From: Raoultella phage Rpl1
DNA length: 24,000 nucleotides
Direction: 5' to 3' (one strand)
Sequence record: OK631812.1
Under the pieces are notes generated by a model. That model was not told the origin of the DNA and did not search any database. It saw nothing but the letters and a program-made list of their open reading frames with translations. A program made the translations under genes and the position numbers. Shown piece after piece: positions 7,739-16,628 of the stretch (positions are counted from its first letter, which is position 1; every line of letters begins with the position of its first letter).

Positions 7739-8067
7739 AAGAAGAACCCAGTGCGAACAATCAGATCGATTTTCTTTTCTGGTTCAAACGGTGATTTGCT
7801 ATCGATGTCACACTGATAGAACATACCAACATACTTTTCAGGAATGTTGGATTCGCGCGCCCATTTCAGGTTATCATCGGTATTCGGCCCCAGCATGAGG
7901 TTAACAACATCAACAGCATAATCCTGTTCTTTGGTGTTGCCGGAACCGTTTACATAATGCCCGTGGGCGGTTTTGAGGATCTCAATTACTTCGCTATCGT
8001 CAGTTTCGACTTTGTAAAGCGTTGTATTTTCAGGAATTTCTTCAAGAATGATCAAAGCGGTTTTCAT
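7735..8067 (-). CDS. Hypothetical protein (start possibly at 8154)
   Basis: MKTALIILEEIPENTTLYKV...; ATG at 8067 preceded by AAAGGTAAG. ATG 8154 is an alternative, longer start. Confidence 0.65.
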   Translation of the reverse strand: MKTALIILEEIPENTTLYKVETDDSEVIEILKTAHGHYVNGSGNTKEQDYAVDVVNLMLGPNTDDNLKWARESNIPEKYVGMFYQCDIDSKSPFEPEKKIDLIVRTGFFL

Positions 8068-8186
8068 CACACTTACCTTTGTGTTTCTGTTTACGTTTTG
8101 CTTCTTTAAATGCTCGCTTGCGATCGCGGTGAGTAGAAGCGCGGTTGAAATCATGTTTCGCTACCAAATTATTCATATAAGCCCCT

Positions 8187-8217
8187 TAAAGAAAAATATT
8201 TAGGGGCTTTCGCCCCT
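8187..8217 (-). terminator. Intrinsic terminator-like hairpin after the 82-aa gene
   Basis: Minus strand AAAGCCCCTAAA...TTTAAGGGGCTT. Confidence 0.6.
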
Positions 8218-8220
8218 GTA

Positions 8221-8469
8221 TTAATCCAGCAATTTGCGGATCTTGTCTGCGATACGTCCGGCACGGGTTGCGCTTTCGGTATGATTGCTTTCTTTGGTAG
8301 CCAGTTCAGCCAGCTTACGCTGATGTTCTTCTTCTGCTGCTTGGCGATCTGCTGCAACCTGTGCAACCTGCTCATTATCGTGAGCAATACGCGCTTCCAG
8401 TTCAGACAGGGTTTTGTCGAAAGTTGCTACGATTTCATCTACAGAACGAATTTTATTAAACAGTTTCAT
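8221..8469 (-). CDS. Small coiled-coil protein, unknown function
   Basis: 82 aa; SELEARIAHDNEQVAQVAADRQAAEEEHQRKLAEL heptad-like. Confidence 0.75.
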   Translation of the reverse strand: MKLFNKIRSVDEIVATFDKTLSELEARIAHDNEQVAQVAADRQAAEEEHQRKLAELATKESNHTESATRAGRIADKIRKLLD

Positions 8470-8505
8470 AATTTATCTCAATTGGTTAGTTTTAATCAGT
8501 ATACA

Positions 8506-8943
8506 TCAATACGGCTGGAATTCAAAATCATAAATGTCATTCAGTGCGCGGTTCCACTCGGTGTAGTTTTCACCAGAACCATAACGCATTTGAATAGCAC
8601 TTTCGAACGTTGATCCGTTGAGGTTCGGGAAACCGAACAGGTTTTTGATTTTGTCATGTGCTACATAGTACAAAGAAGCACTTTCCAGCATCGCAACCAT
8701 CGCAGACGGTTCGTGTTCGCGGCGCTTGATACGTAACAGAGTACGACTAGCACCAGTTTTACGGCGTTGATTTGGTGCTACGTAGAAACGGAATACTACG
8801 CGCCCTGTTTTATCATCAACTACCAGGTAAAACCCGTTTTCTTTCAGATCCACGCCTTCGAATTTCTTGAAGGTTCCGCGTTTCATGTCACCAATTTTAA
8901 TTGCATATTTGTGAATGTCAAGTCTTGTCAGAATTCTTTTCAT
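8506..8943 (-). CDS. Hypothetical protein
   Basis: 145 aa ORF in the minus array. Confidence 0.75.
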   Translation of the reverse strand: MKRILTRLDIHKYAIKIGDMKRGTFKKFEGVDLKENGFYLVVDDKTGRVVFRFYVAPNQRRKTGASRTLLRIKRREHEPSAMVAMLESASLYYVAHDKIKNLFGFPNLNGSTFESAIQMRYGSGENYTEWNRALNDIYDFEFQPY

Positions 8944-9292
8944 ATTTTTTAGATACCAGTTTGCCTAATTTTGTAATTTCGCCTGTTTTTACGTTAACAA
9001 ACAAGGCGATGCTCAGAAATGGGATGCTAATCACTACGCTGATCAATGTAAACAGAAAACGTATCACAAAAAGAACAGCACGTTCAAGATATCGTTGCAT
9101 CCACGCGATTCCTAAACAACTATACCCTACTATAAAGGTGGTTGCAACATAAAATGCACCAAATCCTTTACGAAATACGTAACCTTTCCCGGATTCTATC
9201 CGGTCGTCGGCCCACATTTCACGGGCAGTTTTCAGAATAGATTCACCACTAGCGCGAGTTTCGTTAGCCGAAGGCATGTTTTTAAATTTCAT
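8918..9292 (-). CDS. Membrane protein, unknown function
   Basis: 124 aa with hydrophobic segments GFGAFYVATTFIVGYSCLGIAW and FVIRFLFTLISVVISIPFLSIALFV; RBS AGGAG upstream. Confidence 0.75.
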   Translation of the reverse strand: MKFKNMPSANETRASGESILKTAREMWADDRIESGKGYVFRKGFGAFYVATTFIVGYSCLGIAWMQRYLERAVLFVIRFLFTLISVVISIPFLSIALFVNVKTGEITKLGKLVSKKYEKNSDKT

Positions 9293-9337
9293 GATAGTCT
9301 CCTATGCGCCCAGAACTCTCCAGGCGCGGTTGTTTAG

Positions 9338-10237
9338 TTAGTAATGGCTAAAACCATATGTAACATCAATCATGACTTTATAACGGCATACACGCATTTT
9401 TGCGTTATTGTAATCCACTGGGATCGCTACCACGTCAGCAGGATCCACCTTTACCTGAATGACTCTACCAACACCGCCCCCGTAGTGTGGAAGGTATGAT
9501 TTAGCCGCAACGTGTAGGCCAGTAGAACAGGTGCGCGTTTTATCTTCGTCTACCATGTTTCGAGGCATGGAGACAGTCACACCAGGACTATTATCAAATT
9601 TGCCAGTAGCGAGATCTTTATAGTTATCGCGCACACGTTTCCAGGCAAGGAAACAACCATCATCGGTCAGTTCAATGTCATTATGTACAAGGAACCCATA
9701 AAGCTGGTATACAGCATCGCGTGAAGGGTTTCGCATCAACCGTTCAAAGAAGTTCACCAGATGTTCATACGGACGATCGTTATACATTTCGCGAATGATT
9801 CGTTGAGTGATATCAGAATCAAACACTACATCTTTATATAGAAGCTGATGACCAATGATTTTAATGTTGCCTTTGCTATAGGTTCGGATCGCTTCCTGAG
9901 TATCCAAACAAGTTACAGCACCTTTGACATCACCAGCTTTCAGCATTTCATGCGCTTTCTTAAAGTTCGGATGTGTTTCACCCGCCATGAAAACGCGCCC
10001 TTCGTATACAACCGTAATGAACGATTCAGAACCGATCATACGCGGTACAGTGTCTGATACTTTAGGCTTTTGTTTTACGTCCCTTTTCTTCGGGAACTCC
10101 GCTAACTTGCGGTTGATAACGCGCCCAATGGTTCGGGCGCTTACGTTGAACTGTTGGGCCAGTGCTGTTTTACTTGCCCCCGTCAACCATCCATTATAGA
10201 TAGCTTTCTGTTGTACTTCGTCAAGAATTTTGACCAT
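9338..10237 (-). CDS. rIIB: rIIB-like protein
   Basis: Starts MVKILDEVQQKAIYNGWLTGASKTALAQQFNVSARTIGRVI (HTH) and later YGFLVHNDIELTDDGCFLAWKRVRDNYKDLATGKFDNSPG...TCSTGLHV; ATG 10237 overlaps rIIA stop (the listed 10246 start is GTG). Confidence 0.92.
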   Translation of the reverse strand: MVKILDEVQQKAIYNGWLTGASKTALAQQFNVSARTIGRVINRKLAEFPKKRDVKQKPKVSDTVPRMIGSESFITVVYEGRVFMAGETHPNFKKAHEMLKAGDVKGAVTCLDTQEAIRTYSKGNIKIIGHQLLYKDVVFDSDITQRIIREMYNDRPYEHLVNFFERLMRNPSRDAVYQLYGFLVHNDIELTDDGCFLAWKRVRDNYKDLATGKFDNSPGVTVSMPRNMVDEDKTRTCSTGLHVAAKSYLPHYGGGVGRVIQVKVDPADVVAIPVDYNNAKMRVCRYKVMIDVTYGFSHY

Positions 10238-12498
10238 TATTTCCACCGTATTAATTTCTTAAACTCACTGAGATTCTTTTCGTTGTTGTAAATCGGACGA
10301 ATTGAATAAGAATCGCTATGTTCAACAAGTGAAGCCAGTAACGGGTTTAGTGATTTAAAGATTTCCCATGCCTGATCAACACGTTTTTTCATATTGCTGC
10401 GTTTAACGCGCATTGATGCTACGGATTCACGCAGAATCGGACAACGCACCCTGGAAAGATTTTTACCATCTTTCTCATACCCTTCCAGACACACTATACG
10501 TTCGAGCGTATCAACAATCTTATACAGTTTTTCATTATATCGGTTTTTCACAATCCGATCAAGCGATACACCAAAACGGCTATGCAATGCGTCTGTTTCT
10601 GTTGAGTGTTCCTTACCAATCCATCCAGGCAAGCAATTATCTTTCAATGCCTTTTCGGATTTAACATACTGCTTGCACAGCATATCATCAAAGCATACCA
10701 GATTTGAATCTGGGATCCACTTCCAGAGGCTGTTACGGATAGCAAACACAACAGGGATCCCAGTATGGCGCATGATACGCGATAAAGTAGATTCTTTCAT
10801 TGCTGAATCCATAGACAACCTGGAATTTTCACCATCTAAGCGGCTATATTCATCAATACCATACAACCGAACACCTGGGGCTTTATCCAGTGATAAAAAC
10901 TCTGATTTTGTCATAAACAGAGAAGTTTTTGCCAGATTGCCGTTACTATCCAACTCATAACGATATACGGTCGGGGTTTTTGGGCGTGGTTCTGAATTTT
11001 TCGGTGCATATAGCGCTTTTGATTTTTCGCGATCTGTATCATAGATCTCTTTTTCTTTTGTCATTTCACTGGTACGGAGATACACAATTTCCGATTCATC
11101 AAAATGACCTTTCCGAACGATATCATTAACAATCTCACGCTTTGAATCACTATCGTAATATGCAACAAAGCTAACACGGCTTAGGTTATGCATTTTAGCA
11201 TACCCGACGATATACGGTTTAACCGTGTTGGTATCCACTTTTAACAGAATGAGTTTCTTCTGTTTCCACGGATAATAAATGCGTGTGATGTCCTGGCGTT
11301 TGGTTGTTTCTGGCTTATACTTGCTCCAGCGGCCTCCGCTACCAGTTACCTGATACCATGCATCTTTACCGTCGTATTCGTTCGCCCAATACCCAGCAAC
11401 ATAATCATCATTATATTTGTTTGGTTTGACTAGTTCGCTATGGATCCAGCCAATAGAATCACCATTGATGCGAAAATTAGCATCTTTACCAACAAAGTTT
11501 TGTACCATTGAAGGCAGAGAATGGAACCACGTCAGTTTATCACGCACGGTTTGTAACTTATCGAATTCTGATTTAACTCGATTGAAATATACCCGGCTGA
11601 TTTGTTTCAGACGTTCTTTAACAATCCCTACTGTCATTTTATCCATACTCAACTCTTCGCGAGAAGGCATGAAATCAAGTTCACCGATCGGGAAGTCAAT
11701 AATATACGTATACTGGCTTTCTGTATAGCAATAGAACATCGAGGTATCATACAAATCTTTATCCAGAGGATAAATGATGTTACCCATGCGAGCATATACA
11801 CCGCTAGTGTATGATGATTTATGACGGATCACCCCGCTATCATTGGTTGCTTCTTTCGGCTGATAGTTGATTTTGAGAATAGAAGCACCAACAAAGTTAG
11901 GACGAATATCAGTAAATGATTCGTATACCCTTGCTGCTTCGTTTTCCCATTCTTTGATATCTTCAACCTTAACCGGAACGGTGATAGTAACCCCGTTAGG
12001 TTCATCGCTTTCAATCTCATACAGAGGATCGCAGAACGGTTCCCCATCATCCATATAGATTGTGTAACCGCATTTGATACCGTCTTTTACAGATTCAACT
12101 GTGAACGCATCGGCATAGCAAAGCGGAGATTTGCAACCCAGACCCATAGAACCGATCAGGTCGTTTGAATCATTTTTAGTTGATTCGAAGTAAACGGTAA
12201 ACGCATCACTAACGAAATCAGGAGACATACCGATCCCGTAGTCACGAATAACAAAACGAGGATCAACAGCAGTTGGCAACTGGACATCAAACGGGTTCTG
12301 ATTTCCCGCTTCTTTGTGTCCATCGATCGCATTACAAGACAGTTCGCGAATGATTGCGCGGATCTTGTATTTGTATACTGTCGAAGAAAGGATCTTATAC
12401 GCTTTCTTGTTTGCGCGTAGAGATAGTTTGTTTCGTCCCTTGCTGGTATCTGTACCAACTCGGTAGATTGTTTGCGGTGTATCTTCGCGTAATTTCAT
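10237..12498 (-). CDS. rIIA: rIIA-like protein with GHKL-type ATPase N-terminus
   Basis: 753 aa; IIRELSCNAIDGHKEAG...VIRDYGIGMSPDFVSDAFTVYFESTK..LIGSMGLGCKSP; sits directly upstream of rIIB. Confidence 0.93.
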   Translation of the reverse strand: MKLREDTPQTIYRVGTDTSKGRNKLSLRANKKAYKILSSTVYKYKIRAIIRELSCNAIDGHKEAGNQNPFDVQLPTAVDPRFVIRDYGIGMSPDFVSDAFTVYFESTKNDSNDLIGSMGLGCKSPLCYADAFTVESVKDGIKCGYTIYMDDGEPFCDPLYEIESDEPNGVTITVPVKVEDIKEWENEAARVYESFTDIRPNFVGASILKINYQPKEATNDSGVIRHKSSYTSGVYARMGNIIYPLDKDLYDTSMFYCYTESQYTYIIDFPIGELDFMPSREELSMDKMTVGIVKERLKQISRVYFNRVKSEFDKLQTVRDKLTWFHSLPSMVQNFVGKDANFRINGDSIGWIHSELVKPNKYNDDYVAGYWANEYDGKDAWYQVTGSGGRWSKYKPETTKRQDITRIYYPWKQKKLILLKVDTNTVKPYIVGYAKMHNLSRVSFVAYYDSDSKREIVNDIVRKGHFDESEIVYLRTSEMTKEKEIYDTDREKSKALYAPKNSEPRPKTPTVYRYELDSNGNLAKTSLFMTKSEFLSLDKAPGVRLYGIDEYSRLDGENSRLSMDSAMKESTLSRIMRHTGIPVVFAIRNSLWKWIPDSNLVCFDDMLCKQYVKSEKALKDNCLPGWIGKEHSTETDALHSRFGVSLDRIVKNRYNEKLYKIVDTLERIVCLEGYEKDGKNLSRVRCPILRESVASMRVKRSNMKKRVDQAWEIFKSLNPLLASLVEHSDSYSIRPIYNNEKNLSEFKKLIRWK

Positions 12499-12570
12499 TG
12501 TTTATTTCTCACTTAACATTAAAAATAACTTGGTCACAAGAGTACTTCGTTGGCTTTTTGTTCAGACCAT

Positions 12571-12597
12571 ATTCTACTACTTAGCAATAAGTGTCAA
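12571..12597 (-). promoter_or_regulatory. Candidate sigma70-like promoter for rIIA
   Basis: Minus strand TTGACA (12592-12597), 15-nt spacer, TAGAAT (12571-12576); -35 lies within the end of the 54-aa ORF. Confidence 0.45.
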
Positions 12598-12745
12598 GGA
12601 ATTTTACCAATTTTTCTTCCTCGACCTGCTGTTTCTTCATATCAAGGATACCCCACACGATAGCCCCGATAATGATAGAAAAGAACGCACAAAAACCGAA
12701 TATGGTCAGATATTTTCCCAACTTAGGCGCATTATAACGTGTCAT
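12581..12745 (-). CDS. Small single-pass membrane protein, not in the supplied ORF track
   Basis: Translated by hand: MTRYNAPKLGKYLTIFGFCAFFSIIIGAIVWGILDMKKQQVEEEKLVKFLDTYC*; strong SD (GAGGGGTAAGGT) upstream. Confidence 0.75.
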   Translation of the reverse strand: MTRYNAPKLGKYLTIFGFCAFFSIIIGAIVWGILDMKKQQVEEEKLVKFLDTYC

Positions 12746-12748
12746 ACC

Positions 12749-13303
12749 TTACCCCTCTTTGCGAATGTATGCAAGTTCTTCATGGGTTACTGGACGGATA
12801 TACAGACGGCCTTTTGTATATGCCTTGCGCCCGCTGATCCAAATGTTTTTCATATCCTTAACACCGTTCATCACATCGTTGTAAAACTTCTTATCAGCTT
12901 TAGCCTGATAGACTTCACGGCCTTGATAATCTTTCATGAACAAACAATAAAGGATCTCGTTCTTATCAACTAGATTAGCATCCTTTGTAGTTGTTTTACT
13001 TGGTGAAGGTTTAGCACCCAGGCGCAAGGCCATAGCTTGCCACACTTTACCATGTTCATAACCGCGTCCGACAAGAGCATGAGCGATTTCGTGTAAAAGA
13101 GTGTCTAAAATATCCTCGTAGATATCTTCCGCAACATGACGACCAGATAGTTCAATCAGTTTTTTGGTATAACTGCAACGGCCCAGAGTTTTTGTAATGC
13201 GTCCATTGATCCGGAATGCCCAACCATTACTGATCAAACCGTGTTTTTCCATCATGGTACGCGCCCAGTGGGTTACTTCCATTGCACTACGAGTTTTCAA
13301 CAT
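12749..13303 (-). CDS. SprT-like zinc metallopeptidase-type protein
   Basis: Motif LLHEIAHALVGRGYEHGKVWQAMALRLGAKP (HExxH with downstream H); start set at ATG 13303 (MLKTRSAMEV) behind GGAG RBS. Confidence 0.85.
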   Translation of the reverse strand: MLKTRSAMEVTHWARTMMEKHGLISNGWAFRINGRITKTLGRCSYTKKLIELSGRHVAEDIYEDILDTLLHEIAHALVGRGYEHGKVWQAMALRLGAKPSPSKTTTKDANLVDKNEILYCLFMKDYQGREVYQAKADKKFYNDVMNGVKDMKNIWISGRKAYTKGRLYIRPVTHEELAYIRKEG

Positions 13304-13333
13304 TTTAGAATCTCCTTTGCTTGGTACAAAACC

Positions 13334-13362
13334 AATATAGCAAAAAGCCCCCTGCATTGCAA
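13334..13362 (-). promoter_or_regulatory. Sigma70-like promoter for the SprT-like gene
   Basis: Minus strand TTGCAA (13357-13362), 17-nt spacer, TATATT (13334-13339). Confidence 0.6.
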
Positions 13363-13370
13363 GAGGCTTT
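13342..13370 (-). terminator. Intrinsic terminator after gene 52
   Basis: Minus strand AAAGCCTC-TTGCAATGCAGG-GGGCTTTTT. Confidence 0.75.
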
Positions 13371-13374
13371 GTAA

Positions 13375-14661
13375 TTATTTCAACTTCTTAGAAAGTTCTT
13401 TTAAATCATTGAGATACTCAATTTTAGGGGTTGTTTCTTCCCAGTATTTCAATTGTTTGCGCAATTCTTCGGCTTCGTCTTCCAGCTTTTTGCTTTCGTC
13501 CGTGGTTAGATGGTAGATGTTCATAGCCACTAACATTTCGGCATGATTCTCGCAACCTATCCACGTAGACACAAATTTAACCGCTTCGCTGCGACTAAGG
13601 CCACGCAGAGAATCAGGAGATTCTACCATTTGAGCAATAAAGGCAACCTTTGCCAGTGCTTTATCTAACGCTTCCTTAGTCTCCTGGATACGCTTATTGA
13701 TACGCTGTTGATATACATTCATACGAATATCAACGAAATCCTTTAGAAGCGTTTCAGGGTGTTCATATGAGTATAGTTTGCCTTCAAAGATAACGTTAAT
13801 GTTTGGGTTTGAGTTTTCAATCAAGCCGAAATCTTTCAGGATCTTTTCACGGGTTAGCCCATTAGCATACTCTCGCTTGAGCGTTACTTCATACCGAAAA
13901 TCTTCTTTCGATAGATCCTTGTAGCTAACGATAACGCCTTTTTCTTCCAGCTTGTCAAGGATTGCAATGTATTTCACACGGTCATATTTCACTGGGATCT
14001 CAGTGATCACCAATTTGGTTTTACCTTGCAATTCATAGGTGCCGTAAATCGTACCGTCTGTGATTTCACCTTTAAAGTAAGGATATTTCAGATCCAGTGT
14101 GAAATCTTTATCATTCAGATATGCAATACACCCGTTAACAACTGATTTAGGATCATGAGGCGGAATGTTTGTTGCATATGCTTTTGCAATCCCGCTAAAC
14201 CCATTAACCAGTACCATCGGAATGATCGGGAGATAGTACGCTGGCGGTACATGTTCCGGATCTTCATGAACTGGCGTTAAATCACCATCCATATAAATTG
14301 CTTTGAATATTGGCGATAGTTTACACTTGATGTAACGAGGTGCGCCAGGTTTCTTAACCAAACGGGAACCAAAGAACCCATCACGGTCGAATAACGGAAT
14401 GTTATTGCACCAGTGCGCCGCCATAAGGGATAACGCTTCTTCTACAGAGGTTTCCCCGTGGTGATACCCATACATAGCAACACCGCCAGCGATAGAAGCT
14501 ACTTTCTGAAATCCCGTTCCGCCCTGCATAGCAGAGTGAATAAAGAAACGGTGAACGGGTTTAAACCCGTCTACCAGGTGCGGGATCGCACGTGAATAAA
14601 TCGTGTAAAGGGCAAACGTTAGCCCTTCCACCTGTACAACATCTTTAATACTTCTTTCCAT
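13375..14661 (-). CDS. 52: DNA topoisomerase II medium subunit (gp52-like)
   Basis: 428 aa; IYSRAIPHLVDGFKPVHRFFIHSAM... MYGYHHGETSVEEAL, GTYELQGKTKLVITEIPVKY typical of type IIA topo A subunits. Confidence 0.95.
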   Translation of the reverse strand: MERSIKDVVQVEGLTFALYTIYSRAIPHLVDGFKPVHRFFIHSAMQGGTGFQKVASIAGGVAMYGYHHGETSVEEALSLMAAHWCNNIPLFDRDGFFGSRLVKKPGAPRYIKCKLSPIFKAIYMDGDLTPVHEDPEHVPPAYYLPIIPMVLVNGFSGIAKAYATNIPPHDPKSVVNGCIAYLNDKDFTLDLKYPYFKGEITDGTIYGTYELQGKTKLVITEIPVKYDRVKYIAILDKLEEKGVIVSYKDLSKEDFRYEVTLKREYANGLTREKILKDFGLIENSNPNINVIFEGKLYSYEHPETLLKDFVDIRMNVYQQRINKRIQETKEALDKALAKVAFIAQMVESPDSLRGLSRSEAVKFVSTWIGCENHAEMLVAMNIYHLTTDESKKLEDEAEELRKQLKYWEETTPKIEYLNDLKELSKKLK

Positions 14662-16559
14662 TAGTCAACCTTAGAAAATTTGTGTTTTCCATTAACCCAA
14701 TCTTTACGCGGATCAGATTCGTCGCCGAAGCATAGTTCTAACACTTCTTTGTATTCGTCGTCAAGTACGATGACATCATACTTCAACTGATCACCCAGAA
14801 CACGATCGTAATCTTCTTTGCGTAAAGAACCCAGCCCCTTGATATATCGTACATCTTTTGCTTTATCGCGGAACGGTGCAAACTCATCAAGAGAATAGAA
14901 CCATTTTTCCTCGCGCCCAACTTTAGCGATAACGATCGGGGTTCGAATATATCGGATCCGTTTCTCTGTGAACAAAGAAGGCCAACGGCTAAAGAATGCA
15001 AGCAACAGGGTTAAAATGTCACCACCGTCAACGTCAGCATCGACCATGATACCGATATTATCATAAGTCATTCCGGAAGTATCACCAGGATGAATATTGA
15101 GGATAGCCATTAGCTCAAACAGTTCTTTGTTTTTGATAATGTCTGTAAAACTCATACCCCATGTATTCAGAGGCTTACCACGTAGCGGGAAAGCGCCTTG
15201 TGTTTCTTCATTACGGCATTCGATGAACTGACCAACAGCGGAATCACCTTCTGTCAGAAACAATGTTGTTTCTACCCCTGGAGTATCGATACCGGAAGCC
15301 GGAACGTGTTTAGCAATCTTTGCCTTTTTCGCTTTCTTTTTCGCTTTGGTGATCGCGGCGGCTTCTGCTGCCTGTTTACGAATCAATGCGGATTCAATGA
15401 TCGGAGTAATGATTTCTGGAGTATCCATAATCATTTTTGCGATCTTTTTATAGTTCAAATTCGCATGATTGTTAAACTCACCTGCTGTATTTGCCAATCG
15501 CTCTTTTGTTTGGCTATCGAATGCAGGTGCATTAAAGTTATGCAGGAATACCACAAGAGTTAAGCATTCTTTTACACGTGCTTTCGGGATCTCGATACTA
15601 TGTTTTTTCTTGATCATGGGTTCAAGTTCAGAATAGATACCATCGATCATACACTCAACATGAACACCACCGTTTTTCGTATCCAGACCGTTAACAAAGG
15701 ATTTCTGTTTAAACCCGTCCTCAGTGCTCGCCAGAATGAAGCTGAGACGATTATTTGTCTGAACAATGGTTTTATCCCCATACATGGAAGCATACAGCGG
15801 GAAGCGATTAGAGAGCGTTTCGCCGTTATATGTGAATTTCACGGACGGGAAAGCAACGGCAAGGGCCATTAAGCGATCCTTAATCACTTCTTTGGTTTCT
15901 TCATCGATACCAGTTACACCAAACATAGAGAAGTCTGGAGTAAACTTAACAGTAGTACCCTGTTCTTTACTGGGGCTGGTTCGGTAATCGATGTTCTGTG
16001 CGCCGTCCGTACAGTTAATGGTTACTTTGCGTTTCCCGTTTGCAGTCTCGCCAATAAAAATCGAGCTATAACAGTTTGTCAGGAAAGAACCAACACCATT
16101 CATACCCATCGTTACGCGGTTTTTATCATCGAAGTTAGAACCCGATTTTGCCATAGTCCATGCCGCAACTGGTTTAGGAACTATTTTCCCGTCTGGGGTT
16201 TTTACATCATCCTGGGGAATACCGCGCCCGTTATCAGAGATTTTAACCAGATTATGATCAATGGTTACATCAATCTTATTAGCATGTTTGAATTCAGTTC
16301 GGATCGCTTCATCAATCGAGTTATCAAGGATTTCGTTGATGATTTTAACCAACCCTTCCACGTACTCAACCTTGCGATATTGGCCCATTATGAAACGTTC
16401 ATGCGCTTCTTTGTTAACTGACCCGACGTACATATTTGGACGCAACCGAATATGATCGCGATCGCTCATACAAAATGATTCGTCAACCTTTGCGCCCTTT
16501 TTGGCTGGTTGTGGTTTCTGTTCTGGTTCATCATCTGCCAGAAGAAAATCTAAACTCAT
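14661..16559 (-). CDS. 39: DNA topoisomerase II large subunit, undivided (gp39 plus gp60 equivalents)
   Basis: About 632 aa with GHKL ATPase (RPNMYVGS, EILDNSIDEAI, ISDNGRGIP, MGMNGVG), Toprim (FLTEGDSAVG, IMVDADVDGGDI); ATG 16559 chosen over GTG 16565. Confidence 0.95.
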   Translation of the reverse strand: MSLDFLLADDEPEQKPQPAKKGAKVDESFCMSDRDHIRLRPNMYVGSVNKEAHERFIMGQYRKVEYVEGLVKIINEILDNSIDEAIRTEFKHANKIDVTIDHNLVKISDNGRGIPQDDVKTPDGKIVPKPVAAWTMAKSGSNFDDKNRVTMGMNGVGSFLTNCYSSIFIGETANGKRKVTINCTDGAQNIDYRTSPSKEQGTTVKFTPDFSMFGVTGIDEETKEVIKDRLMALAVAFPSVKFTYNGETLSNRFPLYASMYGDKTIVQTNNRLSFILASTEDGFKQKSFVNGLDTKNGGVHVECMIDGIYSELEPMIKKKHSIEIPKARVKECLTLVVFLHNFNAPAFDSQTKERLANTAGEFNNHANLNYKKIAKMIMDTPEIITPIIESALIRKQAAEAAAITKAKKKAKKAKIAKHVPASGIDTPGVETTLFLTEGDSAVGQFIECRNEETQGAFPLRGKPLNTWGMSFTDIIKNKELFELMAILNIHPGDTSGMTYDNIGIMVDADVDGGDILTLLLAFFSRWPSLFTEKRIRYIRTPIVIAKVGREEKWFYSLDEFAPFRDKAKDVRYIKGLGSLRKEDYDRVLGDQLKYDVIVLDDEYKEVLELCFGDESDPRKDWVNGKHKFSKVD

Positions 16560-16585
16560 ATTCACCTCTTTGTTTAATCACTGAC

Positions 16586-16591
16586 ATTATA
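16586..16591 (-). promoter_or_regulatory. Putative -10 box for the topoisomerase operon
   Basis: Minus strand CTATATAATG; no convincing -35. Confidence 0.4.
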
Positions 16592-16610
16592 TAGGGTTCT
16601 ATGAAAAAGA

Positions 16611-16628
16611 AAACCCCTTTCGGGGTTT
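16611..16628 (-). terminator. Terminator overlapping the end of the FmdB-like gene
   Basis: Minus strand AAACCCC-GAAA-GGGGTTTTC; stop codon TAA lies in the stem. Confidence 0.75.

Noticed and set aside
8155-8160. Fifth copy of the CGAAAC element
   Set aside because: Only the 6-nt core is present (GTAGCGAAACATG), with a 7-nt spacing and an unclear -10; treated as chance or a degenerate copy.
10394-12584. Several plus-strand ORFs (188, 103, 76 aa etc.) and minus-strand alternative-frame ORFs (73 and 100 aa) within rIIA
   Set aside because: Shadow ORFs inside a well supported rIIA coding frame.
12530-12973. 147-aa plus-strand ORF
   Set aside because: Antisense to the 54-aa membrane ORF, rIIA promoter and SprT-like gene.
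15198-15563. 121-aa plus-strand ORF antisense to topoisomerase large subunit
   Set aside because: Opposite a conserved ATPase/Toprim coding region, with no supporting signals.
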